A stretch of DNA of 64,000 nucleotides from Promethearchaeota archaeon (GTDB lineage: Archaea > Asgardarchaeota > Lokiarchaeia > Sigyniarchaeales > SOKP01): contig JAEOTA010000086.1 in NCBI GenBank assembly GCA_016840085.1, positions 137,130-201,129 on the forward strand, written 5' to 3'. Positions 10,646 through 20,898 of the stretch are shown here, piece by piece (position 1 is the stretch's first letter; each line of letters opens with the position of its first letter). Under the pieces are notes generated by a model. That model was given only the letters and a program-made list of their open reading frames with translations. It was not told the DNA's origin and did not search any database. Both the position numbers and the translations under genes were made by a program.

Positions 10646-12373
10646 GTGTATAATAATAAAGATCTAATTATTAAAAAAGGAATGGATGTAATGAAAACTT
10701 TAATAACTGCAAAAATTACAGAAGAATGTTTGAAAGAGTTAAAGAAATTAATGGATATCACATATGAACCTTGGAGAGAAACGGGAGTTATATATTTTGA
10801 TGTGAAAGAATTTGTAGAAAAATTAAAGGGTTATGATATTCTTATTACTGAAGTTGATGATATTAAAAAATCAGAAATTTTTGGTCAAACAGAGCTAAAA
10901 CTGATTGTATCCTGTAGAGGTGATCCATTTAATATTGATTTAACAACTGCAACTAAAAACAGAATACCAGTAATAAATACTCCATTAAGAAATGTTGATG
11001 CTGTTGCTGAAGCAACAATAGGTTTCATACTATCTTTAGCTAGAAAATTACATAAAGTTGATAGAGTACTGCATTCGGAAGATTTTGAAGTTTTTGATTT
11101 TGAAGATTGGGTGAAATACTTTAATCGATTTGAAGGTGTAGAATTAAAAGGAAAAACTATTGGAATAATAGGATTTGGACAAATTGGAAAAAGAGTTGCT
11201 GATAGATTAAAACCTTTTGGAGTCAATTTTCTTATATATGATCCTTATATTCCAGATGAAAACGCTGACGATTACGGTAAGAAAGTAGATATTGATTTCC
11301 TAATGAGAGAATCTGATTTTATAACGATACATGCTGTAGCTACTGATGATAATGATAATCTTATTAATAAAGAACGTATTGATATGATGAAAAAAACTGC
11401 TTATATTATAAATACAGCTAAAGGAAGCCTAATTGATTATGATGCATTACATCAAGCTTTAGAAAAAAACAAAATTGCTGGAGCAGCACTTGATGTTTTC
11501 CCAATGGAACCTATTGATGAAGATAATATATTTTTAGAATTAGATAATGTTATTGTGTCTCCTCATATTGGAGGAAATACAATAGAAATCATAGAGCGCC
11601 AATCAAGGATGTTATTAGAAGATATAACATTATGGTTAAATGATAAGATACCAAAGCATATTTTAAATCCAGAAGTGTTCAAAGATAAAAAAAACTTAGA
11701 TGTCATATCTAATGTGAGAATCAATAAGATGAGGGCTGAAATTGTTATGCTTTGTGAAAACCTACTAAAAGAAGGGCATGTAATCAGCTCAGCTGGAAAT
11801 GTTAGCTTCAGAATGAAGAATAAGGAAAAAGAGATTGTATTAATCACTCCAAGCAATGTAAAATATGATGAAATGAGTTCTGATGATATCCTTATTATAG
11901 ATATGGAAGGTAAAGTATTAGAGGGAAAAAGAAATCCTTCTGTAGAAAAAAAAATGCATTTAAGTATATACAAAGAAAGGGAAGATGTAAATGCGATAAT
12001 CCATGCTCATAGTATCTACTCAACTGTGCTAAGTGCTCTTAATCTCTCACTACCACCAATAATGGAAGAATTAGTACCATATATAGGTGGAGAAGTTCTG
12101 TGTGCGGCATATGGAGAAGCGGGAACTGAAGAATTAGCAGAGGGTGTTATTGCGGCTTTGGAAGAGAGAAATGCTGTTTTACTTGCTAACCATGGCAATC
12201 TGTGCTGTGGAAGCCACCTAGAAGGAGCATTCACTGTTTTACAATATCTTGAAAGAGGAGCAAAAACGTATTATCTAGCCAAACTCATAAAAGATCCAAA
12301 TCTATTACCCGAAGATACGATAGATTATGAAATGGAGATTTTTGACATATTCAAGGAATCTAAAAAGATTTAA
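10646..12373 (+). CDS. Fusion of a D-isomer 2-hydroxyacid dehydrogenase (SerA-like) and a class II aldolase/adducin domain
   Basis: GIIGFGQIG, INTAKG, ALDVF..EP, SPHIGG, followed by GNVS, ITPS, PSVE..MH, IIHAHS, LLANHG. The true start is probably ATG at 10682 or 10691. Confidence 0.88.
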   Translation: MYNNKDLIIKKGMDVMKTLITAKITEECLKELKKLMDITYEPWRETGVIYFDVKEFVEKLKGYDILITEVDDIKKSEIFGQTELKLIVSCRGDPFNIDLTTATKNRIPVINTPLRNVDAVAEATIGFILSLARKLHKVDRVLHSEDFEVFDFEDWVKYFNRFEGVELKGKTIGIIGFGQIGKRVADRLKPFGVNFLIYDPYIPDENADDYGKKVDIDFLMRESDFITIHAVATDDNDNLINKERIDMMKKTAYIINTAKGSLIDYDALHQALEKNKIAGAALDVFPMEPIDEDNIFLELDNVIVSPHIGGNTIEIIERQSRMLLEDITLWLNDKIPKHILNPEVFKDKKNLDVISNVRINKMRAEIVMLCENLLKEGHVISSAGNVSFRMKNKEKEIVLITPSNVKYDEMSSDDILIIDMEGKVLEGKRNPSVEKKMHLSIYKEREDVNAIIHAHSIYSTVLSALNLSLPPIMEELVPYIGGEVLCAAYGEAGTEELAEGVIAALEERNAVLLANHGNLCCGSHLEGAFTVLQYLERGAKTYYLAKLIKDPNLLPEDTIDYEMEIFDIFKESKKI

Positions 12374-13125
12374 TCATACATTTCAAGACTTTTATTTTTT
12401 GAAGCAAAAGCGTTTAATGCGACTTTTGTAGAAATTTTAGCCTCCTCCTTAGTAACCATCCCTATTGTTACAGCACTTATATTATGTTTTGAAATATATT
12501 CAAAAGCTTCTACTGGATCAAGATTTCCAGCTGCCAAAGTTTTCATGCCTATAAAATAATAACTACTTGGTTTATCAACTATATGTTCTAAACTCTTAAC
12601 ATTGCCCATGAATACACCAACTGCGTTAAAGGGAATTAGAAATGCTTTAACATTTAATGATTTATCAATAGTATATTTAATTGTAGGAATAGGTTCATGA
12701 GTTGCAATACCAGGAATTATTCCGTGAGAAACAATATCATCAAGAAGTCTTGACAATTCCTTTCCCTTATTGTCAGCTATCATCCCGTGCACAAATATTA
12801 TTTTTGCTTCTGCTTTTATTAATAAGTCTATACTTGAATCCTTTCCAGGATAAGTTGATCCAGTTACAATATAATCACTATGAATTTCACTCATTATACG
12901 AGAAGCATCCATAATTTTTCCTATTGGAATTGCTTCTATACCTCTTGCTCCGTATTGGTAACTAGTTTCTAAAATCTCAACCATTTTATCTGGATTATTT
13001 AAAAACTTTCTTCGCCATTCAAATGCTTTGAATCCAAATTGACCAGCGCCTATAAAAGGCGATGTACCGTTAGAAACTAATGGTAATTTCACATTTTCAA
13101 TATAAAAAAATTTTTTAACCACCAT
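12370..13125 (-). CDS. Conserved archaeal aldo/keto-reductase-fold protein
   Basis: GTSPFIGAGQFG, PGIATH, IGMKTLAAG, VTIGM. Confidence 0.6.
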   Translation of the reverse strand: MVVKKFFYIENVKLPLVSNGTSPFIGAGQFGFKAFEWRRKFLNNPDKMVEILETSYQYGARGIEAIPIGKIMDASRIMSEIHSDYIVTGSTYPGKDSSIDLLIKAEAKIIFVHGMIADNKGKELSRLLDDIVSHGIIPGIATHEPIPTIKYTIDKSLNVKAFLIPFNAVGVFMGNVKSLEHIVDKPSSYYFIGMKTLAAGNLDPVEAFEYISKHNISAVTIGMVTKEEAKISTKVALNAFASKNKSLEMYD

Positions 13126-13297
13126 TATACCAATCTATCGAATTAATTTAAATTCCATAAGTGATTATTTAATAAGAAAATTATAAAATTTTAAGTCTAT
13201 TAAAATAATATTGTTCTATAAGAATATCCGAAATCGTAATAATTAGTATATCGCAGAAATTGGAGTTACCCCTTTTTTATTTAAAGAGGAAATAAAG

Positions 13298-15379
13298 ATG
13301 ACACATGTTAACGGAGTTATTTGCAACACACTAACATTCTATAATAAGAACTATGAAATTGATAAAGAACTAAATTCATTATTAATCCGTCACATCCTTA
13401 CGAATGATATTAATTCACTTCTTCTTTTTGGAAACACAGGGGAAGGCCAGATTTTTTCTGATAAAATTGAAGAAAAAATAAAACTCATTGATTTATCGTT
13501 TGAAATTACAAAACAAAAAACTCCTATTATTATTGGAATATATGGTGATGATGCAGATGATATTTTAAATCAGATAGAGACATTGGCGAAAAAATTTACT
13601 GCTCTTAATTTTATGATTACACCCCCAATTACTAAAAAACTGTCTAGCCAAGATATTAAATCCTATTTTGAAAATATTTTAAGTTCTATAGATCCTAAAA
13701 ATCAGATTTATCTACATAATAACCCCGGACTGTTCGCTGGAAATGAAATTACACCAAATTTAATAGAAGAATTATTAGAATTTTCCAATCTAAAAGGATT
13801 GAACGATTCTTTTTATAATATAAAGAATTGCAAATCTTTTATCCAATTATTAAACAAAAATTTCTCAGTTTGTTGTGGAATGGAGGAAAATTCTCAAGTA
13901 TTTTTCCAATTAGTCCCAATAGAACAAAGAAAATATAGCGGAATTGTATCTAGCATAAGTAATTTAGTGAATATGTTTTCTAAATTATTTCGATACGCAT
14001 TAGAGGATAATATTTTAGAACTTCTTCAACTACAAGAGCAAATTAATGATATTAGAAATAAAATTTATTTTAAGCAAAATGAAAACTGTGAAAGTTTAAG
14101 TCTGAAATATGCATTTTTATATCTCTACAAAGACCTAATATCGAATTCTATAGAACATATTAATTTTATTACTACAAAAGCACAAGACGATTTTGATTCT
14201 ATAGTTAAAGAAAGAATTGAAGCTACTATGAATTATCTGGTTAACCAAAAACATATATACCACTTATATTCATTAGGTAAAAAAGATATTTATCAATTCC
14301 ATGATATTATTAAAACCTTTTCTAATATTGATATTTTAGTCAAACAAGGAAAGGTAAAAAAAATAAAGGGACCTTATAAAGCTGATATAAATACACTTTA
14401 TAAGGTAATTTTTGAAAATAGCAAATTAGTTTTCAGATTTCGAACAAGTGTATTTCTTCAATTAGAAAATATAATCAATGAGAAACTTTTATTTCCATTT
14501 TTAGATAAGACTCTAAATCCTGAAGAGCTTGATTTAAGAAAGAAAGTAAAGCAAATCATCAATTCAAAAACAGGTTCTTACATATTCAAGAAAGAAAACC
14601 CTTCAATTATTCCAGTAAGAAACTTAATTTATTATGATGAGACTAAAGAAATAATCCCTTATATATTCTCAGTACAAGAATATATTAGAGGAAAACCTTT
14701 ATTTCAATTAATAAATCAGTATATTAATGAAGGTAAAAACTTAAATACCAGTAAATTTCTAAATTTATTTGAAAATTTAGGAGAACATTTAGGACATTTA
14801 CATAGTATAAAATTTGACTCTTTTTATAGAAAAATTAGAGACATTGGGGGGAATAAAAAAATATCTCCTTCTGCATTTTTTACTAATGAATTAGAAAATA
14901 AGATACAAGAAGCAAAAAAAAATGGAGTGGATTTTGGAAATCAAATAAGGGCTTACTTCAACAATAATAAGACATTAATTGAAGATGACAAAGAATATGT
15001 TTTAATACATAATGATTTTCAAAGTCAAAATATTATAGTTAAAGAAGAACTAGGCACCATTCAAATTAATGGATTTGTAGGCTTTGATAAATGGTGTGTT
15101 GGACACAGAGCTCAAGATTTTGTTAAAATGGATTATTGGATTTTAAAACCTCTGAATATTTCCTCATTTTATGATGCTTTTTATAAGGCTTATTCAAAAT
15201 ATCATAAAGTTAATAATGATTTTAGAAAAAAAATTGAATTATATAAATTGTTATGGCTTTTAAATGAATATAATTTTGAATCAGATTTAATAAGAAAGTC
15301 TAAGCAAATACCTATTATAAATACTGTTCCATCTTCATTGGAAAATTATTTATTTGAAATAAAAGCCATAATTAGGTAA
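13298..15379 (+). CDS. Fusion of a DapA/NanA-like class I aldolase barrel and an APH/choline-kinase-like phosphotransferase domain
   Basis: N-half: LFGNTGEG, LHNNP, KGLNDS. C-half: VQEYIRG, LGHLH, LIHNDFQSQNIIV. Confidence 0.8.
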   Translation: MTHVNGVICNTLTFYNKNYEIDKELNSLLIRHILTNDINSLLLFGNTGEGQIFSDKIEEKIKLIDLSFEITKQKTPIIIGIYGDDADDILNQIETLAKKFTALNFMITPPITKKLSSQDIKSYFENILSSIDPKNQIYLHNNPGLFAGNEITPNLIEELLEFSNLKGLNDSFYNIKNCKSFIQLLNKNFSVCCGMEENSQVFFQLVPIEQRKYSGIVSSISNLVNMFSKLFRYALEDNILELLQLQEQINDIRNKIYFKQNENCESLSLKYAFLYLYKDLISNSIEHINFITTKAQDDFDSIVKERIEATMNYLVNQKHIYHLYSLGKKDIYQFHDIIKTFSNIDILVKQGKVKKIKGPYKADINTLYKVIFENSKLVFRFRTSVFLQLENIINEKLLFPFLDKTLNPEELDLRKKVKQIINSKTGSYIFKKENPSIIPVRNLIYYDETKEIIPYIFSVQEYIRGKPLFQLINQYINEGKNLNTSKFLNLFENLGEHLGHLHSIKFDSFYRKIRDIGGNKKISPSAFFTNELENKIQEAKKNGVDFGNQIRAYFNNNKTLIEDDKEYVLIHNDFQSQNIIVKEELGTIQINGFVGFDKWCVGHRAQDFVKMDYWILKPLNISSFYDAFYKAYSKYHKVNNDFRKKIELYKLLWLLNEYNFESDLIRKSKQIPIINTVPSSLENYLFEIKAIIR

Positions 15380-16469
15380 GAGAGACAGAAGCATAACTTA
15401 AAAGATTTGTTTGACGAGATTTAATATTTAATTCCAGGTTTGACAATTTAATCCCAACAAGTCTTATCTTTTTATTTATATCTGAGAATTCCCCATATAA
15501 CTTTAAAATTTCATCCATTACAATATTTTTGTCCTGAATATGATATAAAAGCGTTATTGAGCGATTATATGTTAGATAACCTTCGAATCTTATTTTCAAC
15601 GTTATAGTTTTGTAAGTTATATTCTTTTTTGTAACCGATTTATGTATTTTATTATTTATATCTTCCAGTTTTGATAATACCTCTTGAAAATCATCTGTAT
15701 CCGCAAAGAATGTTCTTTCTGCACTAATGGATTTCCTCCCTTCATGAAATTCCTTTACTTTCCTATTATCAAGACCATTCACAACTTTCCAAATCCATTC
15801 TCCATTCTTACCAAATAAATTTATAAAATTAAATAAGGGTATTTTTAAAATGTCCCCTATCTTTTTAATGCCCTTTTTATTTAGATATGTTTTAGATTTT
15901 TTACCAATACCGGGGATTTTTGTAATATCTAAATCTTTCAGTTTTTCTTTAAAATTATTTGGTGTAAAAACTGTTATTCCGTTTGGTTTATTAAAATCAG
16001 AAGCAATTTTGGCTAAAGATTTTGTTGGAGCACACCCAATTGAAATTGTTACCCCTAAGTTTTTATATATATTATCTTGAATAATTTCTGCAATTTCTTT
16101 AACCGCTTCAAAATCTGAGCAAATTTCTGTAAGATCCAAATATGCCTCATCGGTTCCTGCTTGTTGGAAATTATCCGAATATTTTTTTAGAATTTGCATA
16201 ACCTGTTTAGACACTTTTCTATATTTTTCACCAGTTGGTCTTAAGTAAATCCCATGAGGGCATCTCTGGTAAGCTTGAGAGATGGGCATTCCCGAACAAA
16301 GACCAAATTCTCTTGCTTCATATGAACAAGTTGACACAACACCTCGACCCTTACCTTTTTTTGGGTCAGCACCAATAATAACAGGCTTTCCTCTATATTG
16401 GGGATTATCTCTTATTTCAACTGCTGCATAAAAACAATCCAAATCACAGTGTATTATCAATCTTGTCAT
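15372..16469 (-). CDS. dinB: DNA polymerase IV (Y family)
   Basis: HCDLDCFYAAVE, STCSYEAR, GTDEAY, LAKIASD..KPNG, IPGIG, PIP-like QTNLLSY. Confidence 0.96.
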   Translation of the reverse strand: MTRLIIHCDLDCFYAAVEIRDNPQYRGKPVIIGADPKKGKGRGVVSTCSYEAREFGLCSGMPISQAYQRCPHGIYLRPTGEKYRKVSKQVMQILKKYSDNFQQAGTDEAYLDLTEICSDFEAVKEIAEIIQDNIYKNLGVTISIGCAPTKSLAKIASDFNKPNGITVFTPNNFKEKLKDLDITKIPGIGKKSKTYLNKKGIKKIGDILKIPLFNFINLFGKNGEWIWKVVNGLDNRKVKEFHEGRKSISAERTFFADTDDFQEVLSKLEDINNKIHKSVTKKNITYKTITLKIRFEGYLTYNRSITLLYHIQDKNIVMDEILKLYGEFSDINKKIRLVGIKLSNLELNIKSRQTNLLSYASVSLT

Positions 16470-16641
16470 TATTGAGATTTATTTTTACTAAAGAGGGGTA
16501 TAATATGTGGTACTTATGATATTTTTTATCTTAATTTAAAAAATGGGACTAATTAAAATTTTTAATAAATCTTGAATTGATAGTTCTTTTCTTATAAAAA
16601 TTACATACTATATTTTTAATATACTCTTAATTATTTATACT

Positions 16642-17325
16642 ATGTCAATGAATAAAGAAGAACAACTTCGATTAGAAGTAGTTAAAGCAGCAAAAGCTAT
16701 TTTTGCAAAAGGATTAGTAGAAGCTGGAGAGGGTAATGTTAGTATAAGAAATGGTAAAAAAGAGGAACTTTTCATCACTCCTTCATTCAACCAATATACT
16801 ACTTTAAAGAAAGACGAAATTGTCCATATGAATTTTGATGGTACTTCTTTAAGTAGTGGAAAATTGCCTTCGACAGAAGTAAAAATGCATATTGCTATTT
16901 ACCAATCAAGACCAAAGGTACAAGCAGTAATTCATACTCATTCAATATATGCAACATTACTCTCAGTTGTCCAAAAAAATATTCCAATATTAATGGAAGA
17001 AATGTACATTTTCATAGGAGGTTCTATTGATGTATCTAGATTTGGAAAGGCTCACACAGAAGAAATAGGCAATGTGGCTCTTAATGCATTAGGAATTAAA
17101 AATGCAGCTTTATTAGAAAATCATGGTGTTATTGTGTGTGGGAAATCCATAGATCATGCAGTAAAATTTGCAGAATTAGTGGAAAAATTAGCAAAAATTT
17201 ATTGGGGAGCTTTACAGATAGGAGAACCAAAAGTTATTTCAGAAGAACATCTTGATAGATTTAAAAAACTCCATGAAAGCTTATTTGCTAATTATCCTCG
17301 AAGTATGCGAAAGAAAAAATTGTAA
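16642..17325 (+). CDS. Class II aldolase/adducin family protein (FucA/MtnB/Ald2-like)
   Basis: EGNVS, PSTE..MH, VIHTHS, LLENHG. Confidence 0.9.
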   Translation: MSMNKEEQLRLEVVKAAKAIFAKGLVEAGEGNVSIRNGKKEELFITPSFNQYTTLKKDEIVHMNFDGTSLSSGKLPSTEVKMHIAIYQSRPKVQAVIHTHSIYATLLSVVQKNIPILMEEMYIFIGGSIDVSRFGKAHTEEIGNVALNALGIKNAALLENHGVIVCGKSIDHAVKFAELVEKLAKIYWGALQIGEPKVISEEHLDRFKKLHESLFANYPRSMRKKKL

Positions 17326-17343
17326 TATAATAGTACATTTTAA

Positions 17344-18189
17344 GTGAAAAAAATGGAGATAGGTATAAGTTCTCTTGGACATCTTATAGATCTTGGGATT
17401 TCAGGTAATTTCAAAAGCTTAGACGACTTATTAATCAAAGCTACAAATAATTGTCTCAATTTTGCAGAAAAAAATGATATTAATGTCGTTGAGATAGTAA
17501 TAGATCCTCCAACGATATTAAAAAGTGATAATTGGCAGCAATTCATTGATTTAATAAGGTCTTATTCAATTAAAATACAAATTCATGGTCCTTTTATTAA
17601 TGTTAGTTTATGTTCTAACAATAAACTTATTTCAGAAGCGTCAATTAAATCTTATATTGAAGCAGCTAAAATATCTAGAGAATTAGGGGCTAAAATTTTA
17701 ACAATTCATCCAGGAGTTGGAGATTTTCTAATTAAATCTTTAAGAGAATTTAATAAAATCAATTTAATTGATGCGCTTAATAAATTATTAGATTTTACTA
17801 ACACTTTGGAAATAGCTCTTTGCATTGAGAATATGCCAAGTAAGACATATATGCTTTTAGATGAAAATGAAATAGAAAGTTTATTTAATAGAATAAATCG
17901 CTCGGAATTATTCCTTACTTATGATACTAGTCACTTTTATACAACAGATGGAGATGTTACACTATTATGGGAAAAAATGTATAAAAAAATAAGAAACATT
18001 CATATAGTAGATAATTTTAGTAAAGAAACCGATACACACCCCCCTTTAGGAACCGGAAAAATAGGTTTCAATGAAATCTTTAGTTTAATAGACCAATACA
18101 GCTATAATGGTGCATTGATCATTGAATTATCATCATCTAAACATTTAATTCAAAGTATTGATTTTGTCAAAAATTTTATTTGTAAATAA
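17344..18189 (+). CDS. Sugar-phosphate isomerase/epimerase (xylose-isomerase-like TIM barrel)
   Basis: IHGPF, TIHPG, IENMP, YDTSH, IHIVDN, DTHPPLGTG, IIE. Confidence 0.88.
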   Translation: MKKMEIGISSLGHLIDLGISGNFKSLDDLLIKATNNCLNFAEKNDINVVEIVIDPPTILKSDNWQQFIDLIRSYSIKIQIHGPFINVSLCSNNKLISEASIKSYIEAAKISRELGAKILTIHPGVGDFLIKSLREFNKINLIDALNKLLDFTNTLEIALCIENMPSKTYMLLDENEIESLFNRINRSELFLTYDTSHFYTTDGDVTLLWEKMYKKIRNIHIVDNFSKETDTHPPLGTGKIGFNEIFSLIDQYSYNGALIIELSSSKHLIQSIDFVKNFICK

Positions 18190-18259
18190 AAATAAAAAGC
18201 ATTATTAAAATTAGTTTGAAAATAAATATTTAATTTAAAAAGCCAATTCAGAAGTTATT

Positions 18260-18652
18260 ATGCCAATAATATCATTACAATTAACTGACGATCTACTAGA
18301 ACGATTTGAAAAAGTTCGAAATTTAAGTGGGTTTACCTCTAAAAGTGAAGCTTTAAGAGATTCAATTGTAAGTTTTATTGAAAAACATGAGAAATTTGAA
18401 AAATTAGAAGGATATAAAATAATGACTATTAGTCTAGTCTATCCTTTTAAAGATATAATAATAGACCAGATCTCTGATTTATATTCACAATTTCACCATA
18501 TTATTAAAACAATTACGGATTGGCGGATTGCAGAAAAAAAAATAGAAATAATTCTTTTAGTCGGTGAAATTGAGGTTATAAAAGACCTTTATAAAAAATT
18601 AGCTAAGATTAAAGATATAATATGCTCAATTCGAGAAATTATAATTGACTAA
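18260..18652 (+). CDS. NikR-like regulator (ribbon-helix-helix + ACT-like domain)
   Basis: IISLQL...SKSEALRDSI RHH motif; C-terminal ACT-like domain. Confidence 0.8.
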   Translation: MPIISLQLTDDLLERFEKVRNLSGFTSKSEALRDSIVSFIEKHEKFEKLEGYKIMTISLVYPFKDIIIDQISDLYSQFHHIIKTITDWRIAEKKIEIILLVGEIEVIKDLYKKLAKIKDIICSIREIIID

Positions 18653-18659
18653 ACCATTT

Positions 18660-19520
18660 TTAATCAAATCTAAGTGAAAAATCCATAAATTCAGTAGGTC
18701 GTTGGGTTAATAATCCTAAACTTATAATATCTGGTTCTGCAATCAAAAAGTCAATTATGTTATCTTCAGATATACCTCCAGATATCTCAATAATTACTTG
18801 ATCTCTCAAACTATTTTTTTTTAATAAATTAATGGCATCCTCAACCTTATCAGGACTAAAATTATCTAACATGATAATATCTGCTCCATTCTTTGCAGCA
18901 ATCAACACGTCGCTGACTTTTTCTACTTCAATTTCAATTTTTTTTGTAAAGCTCGCTTTTTTATTTATATTTTTTAAAAGTAATTCTACATCTCCATCAT
19001 AATATTTCAAATGAGTGTCTTTCAAGAGAATCTCATCAAGTGAATATCGATGTGTGTCAGCTCCACCTAGTTCTACTGCTTTTTTTTCGAATATTCTGAT
19101 ACCTGGTGTTGTTTTACGAGTACAAGCGATCTTTACATTTTTTCCTGAATTTTTTATTATTTTTACGAATCTTTTAGTTGTTGAAGTTATATTACTCATA
19201 TGTGTTATTAGATTCAGCCCTACCCTTTCTCCAAGTAAAATATCTCTTGCATTCCCTTTTAATTCTGCTATAATATCTCCTTCTTTTACTTCTTCTCCAT
19301 CTCTTTTTATAAAATTAGTTGAAACACCTAATATATCGAATAGAATTTTCAACTCTTCAAGTCCAGAAATGTATCCATTACTTTTCGTAGAAATCCTAGC
19401 TGATACTTTAGTATTTTGAGGTATACATACAGAACTAACATCAGCAAAACTACAATCTTCTTCTAAAAACTCACGTAATTTCTTCTCAATAATAATTTTA
19501 TTATAACTCATTATTTGCAC
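18660..19520 (-). CDS. nadC: Quinolinate phosphoribosyltransferase
   Basis: ERVGLN, CTRKTTPG, HR, LKDTH, IEIEV, IMLDN, SGG. Confidence 0.95.
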   Translation of the reverse strand: MQIMSYNKIIIEKKLREFLEEDCSFADVSSVCIPQNTKVSARISTKSNGYISGLEELKILFDILGVSTNFIKRDGEEVKEGDIIAELKGNARDILLGERVGLNLITHMSNITSTTKRFVKIIKNSGKNVKIACTRKTTPGIRIFEKKAVELGGADTHRYSLDEILLKDTHLKYYDGDVELLLKNINKKASFTKKIEIEVEKVSDVLIAAKNGADIIMLDNFSPDKVEDAINLLKKNSLRDQVIIEISGGISEDNIIDFLIAEPDIISLGLLTQRPTEFMDFSLRFD

Positions 19521-19566
19521 AAATGTCTATAGTATAATTATTATAGGTTAAATATTAAATAAAATT

Positions 19567-20205
19567 ATGGTAGAAATTGATATACTATTCATTAATAATA
19601 ATGAAATTAAGCTGGAAGCGGAATATTACCAATCAAGTTTACGTAATACAAGGCCATCTGTTTTAATTTGTCATCCGCATCCACAATTTGGTGGTAATAT
19701 GCATAATAATATTGTTTCTGCGGTATTTAACAAATTAATCAATAGCAATATCTCTTGTTTAAGATTCAATTTTAGAGGTGTTGGAAGATCTTCTGGAAAT
19801 CATTCAGATGGAATGGGTGAATTAAGTGATGTTAAGGCATCTGTAGATTTTTTAATTAATAATAAAAAATGTGAGAAAATCATTATTTGTGGCTATTCAT
19901 ATGGTGCTGTAATAGGGTGTTCAGCAGTTAATTATTCAGATAAGATAATTGGTTTTATCTCCATATCTTTTCCATGGGATTTTATGGGAGCGAAATTCAA
20001 AGAATTATCTCAAACTTCGAAAAAAAAACTATTTATTCAAGGAAATCGTGATACCGTTGCTCGTTATGAAAATTTCTATGAAAATTTTAATTTATACTTA
20101 AATCCAAAAATAAGCAAAATTATCGATGGCGCAGATCACTTTTATGGGGGTTACGAAGAACAAGTTGCTAATGCAATTCTAGATTTTTATTATTCCATTG
20201 TCTAA
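19567..20205 (+). CDS. Alpha/beta hydrolase (COG2945-like)
   Basis: CHPHPQFGGNM, RFNFRGVG, GYSYG nucleophile elbow, GNRD, GADHF. Confidence 0.9.
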   Translation: MVEIDILFINNNEIKLEAEYYQSSLRNTRPSVLICHPHPQFGGNMHNNIVSAVFNKLINSNISCLRFNFRGVGRSSGNHSDGMGELSDVKASVDFLINNKKCEKIIICGYSYGAVIGCSAVNYSDKIIGFISISFPWDFMGAKFKELSQTSKKKLFIQGNRDTVARYENFYENFNLYLNPKISKIIDGADHFYGGYEEQVANAILDFYYSIV

Positions 20206-20282
20206 GAGATTTGAAGTAAGATTTTACCAAATAGAAGTCTTGAAGGAAAAACTGATAAATAAAAAATAAGTAATAAATAATT

Positions 20283-20690
20283 TTAGAGTGATGAAAGTTT
20301 TTCTAGATCGGCTTTACTATTTTCTTCTGCCCAATCTAGAAGTTGATCCACATATTTCTCAATTTCTCCGGATTCTGGTAATTTTGTTAATACTGCTAAA
20401 AGGAATTGGGTATTAGGATTAATAATTATATTTCTCATTATTATAAAGTCTTCTTTATATTTAATTTTCATACTCCTAACTTCTGATAAACCTATTTCTT
20501 CTGCTGCTTTATATGCTGCATCGCTCAGTAAAGATCCCATAGCTGCTACTGCACGTTCGTCAATCTTTTCCTCCTTTTGGGACGCTAATACTAATCCAGT
20601 TGATGTTGCAAAAAGTGATGCGCGAAAATTTCCATTATCATTAAGTTCTTTCAGTACTAATCCGAGTCTACTAACCAAATTAACGCACAC
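20283..20690 (-). CDS. Roadblock/LC7 (LAMTOR-like) domain protein
   Basis: ASLFATSTGLVLAS...VAAMGSLL Roadblock pattern; ~130 aa. Confidence 0.8.
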   Translation of the reverse strand: MCVNLVSRLGLVLKELNDNGNFRASLFATSTGLVLASQKEEKIDERAVAAMGSLLSDAAYKAAEEIGLSEVRSMKIKYKEDFIIMRNIIINPNTQFLLAVLTKLPESGEIEKYVDQLLDWAEENSKADLEKLSSL

Positions 20691-20898
20691 TCTTATATAA
20701 TTAATTTATAAATATCTTAAAGGAAATTTCCATATTATTTTATATCAATATTATTAAATTTAGATTCTTTAGCATAAAATTTCCTTGTATTTATTATATG
20801 AGTTAAATAATATTTAAAATTATTTGAAGTAGAATATTCAAAATATCTCATTTTTTCACTACTATTTCATCATAATCAATTAAAAATTCAAAACCTCT

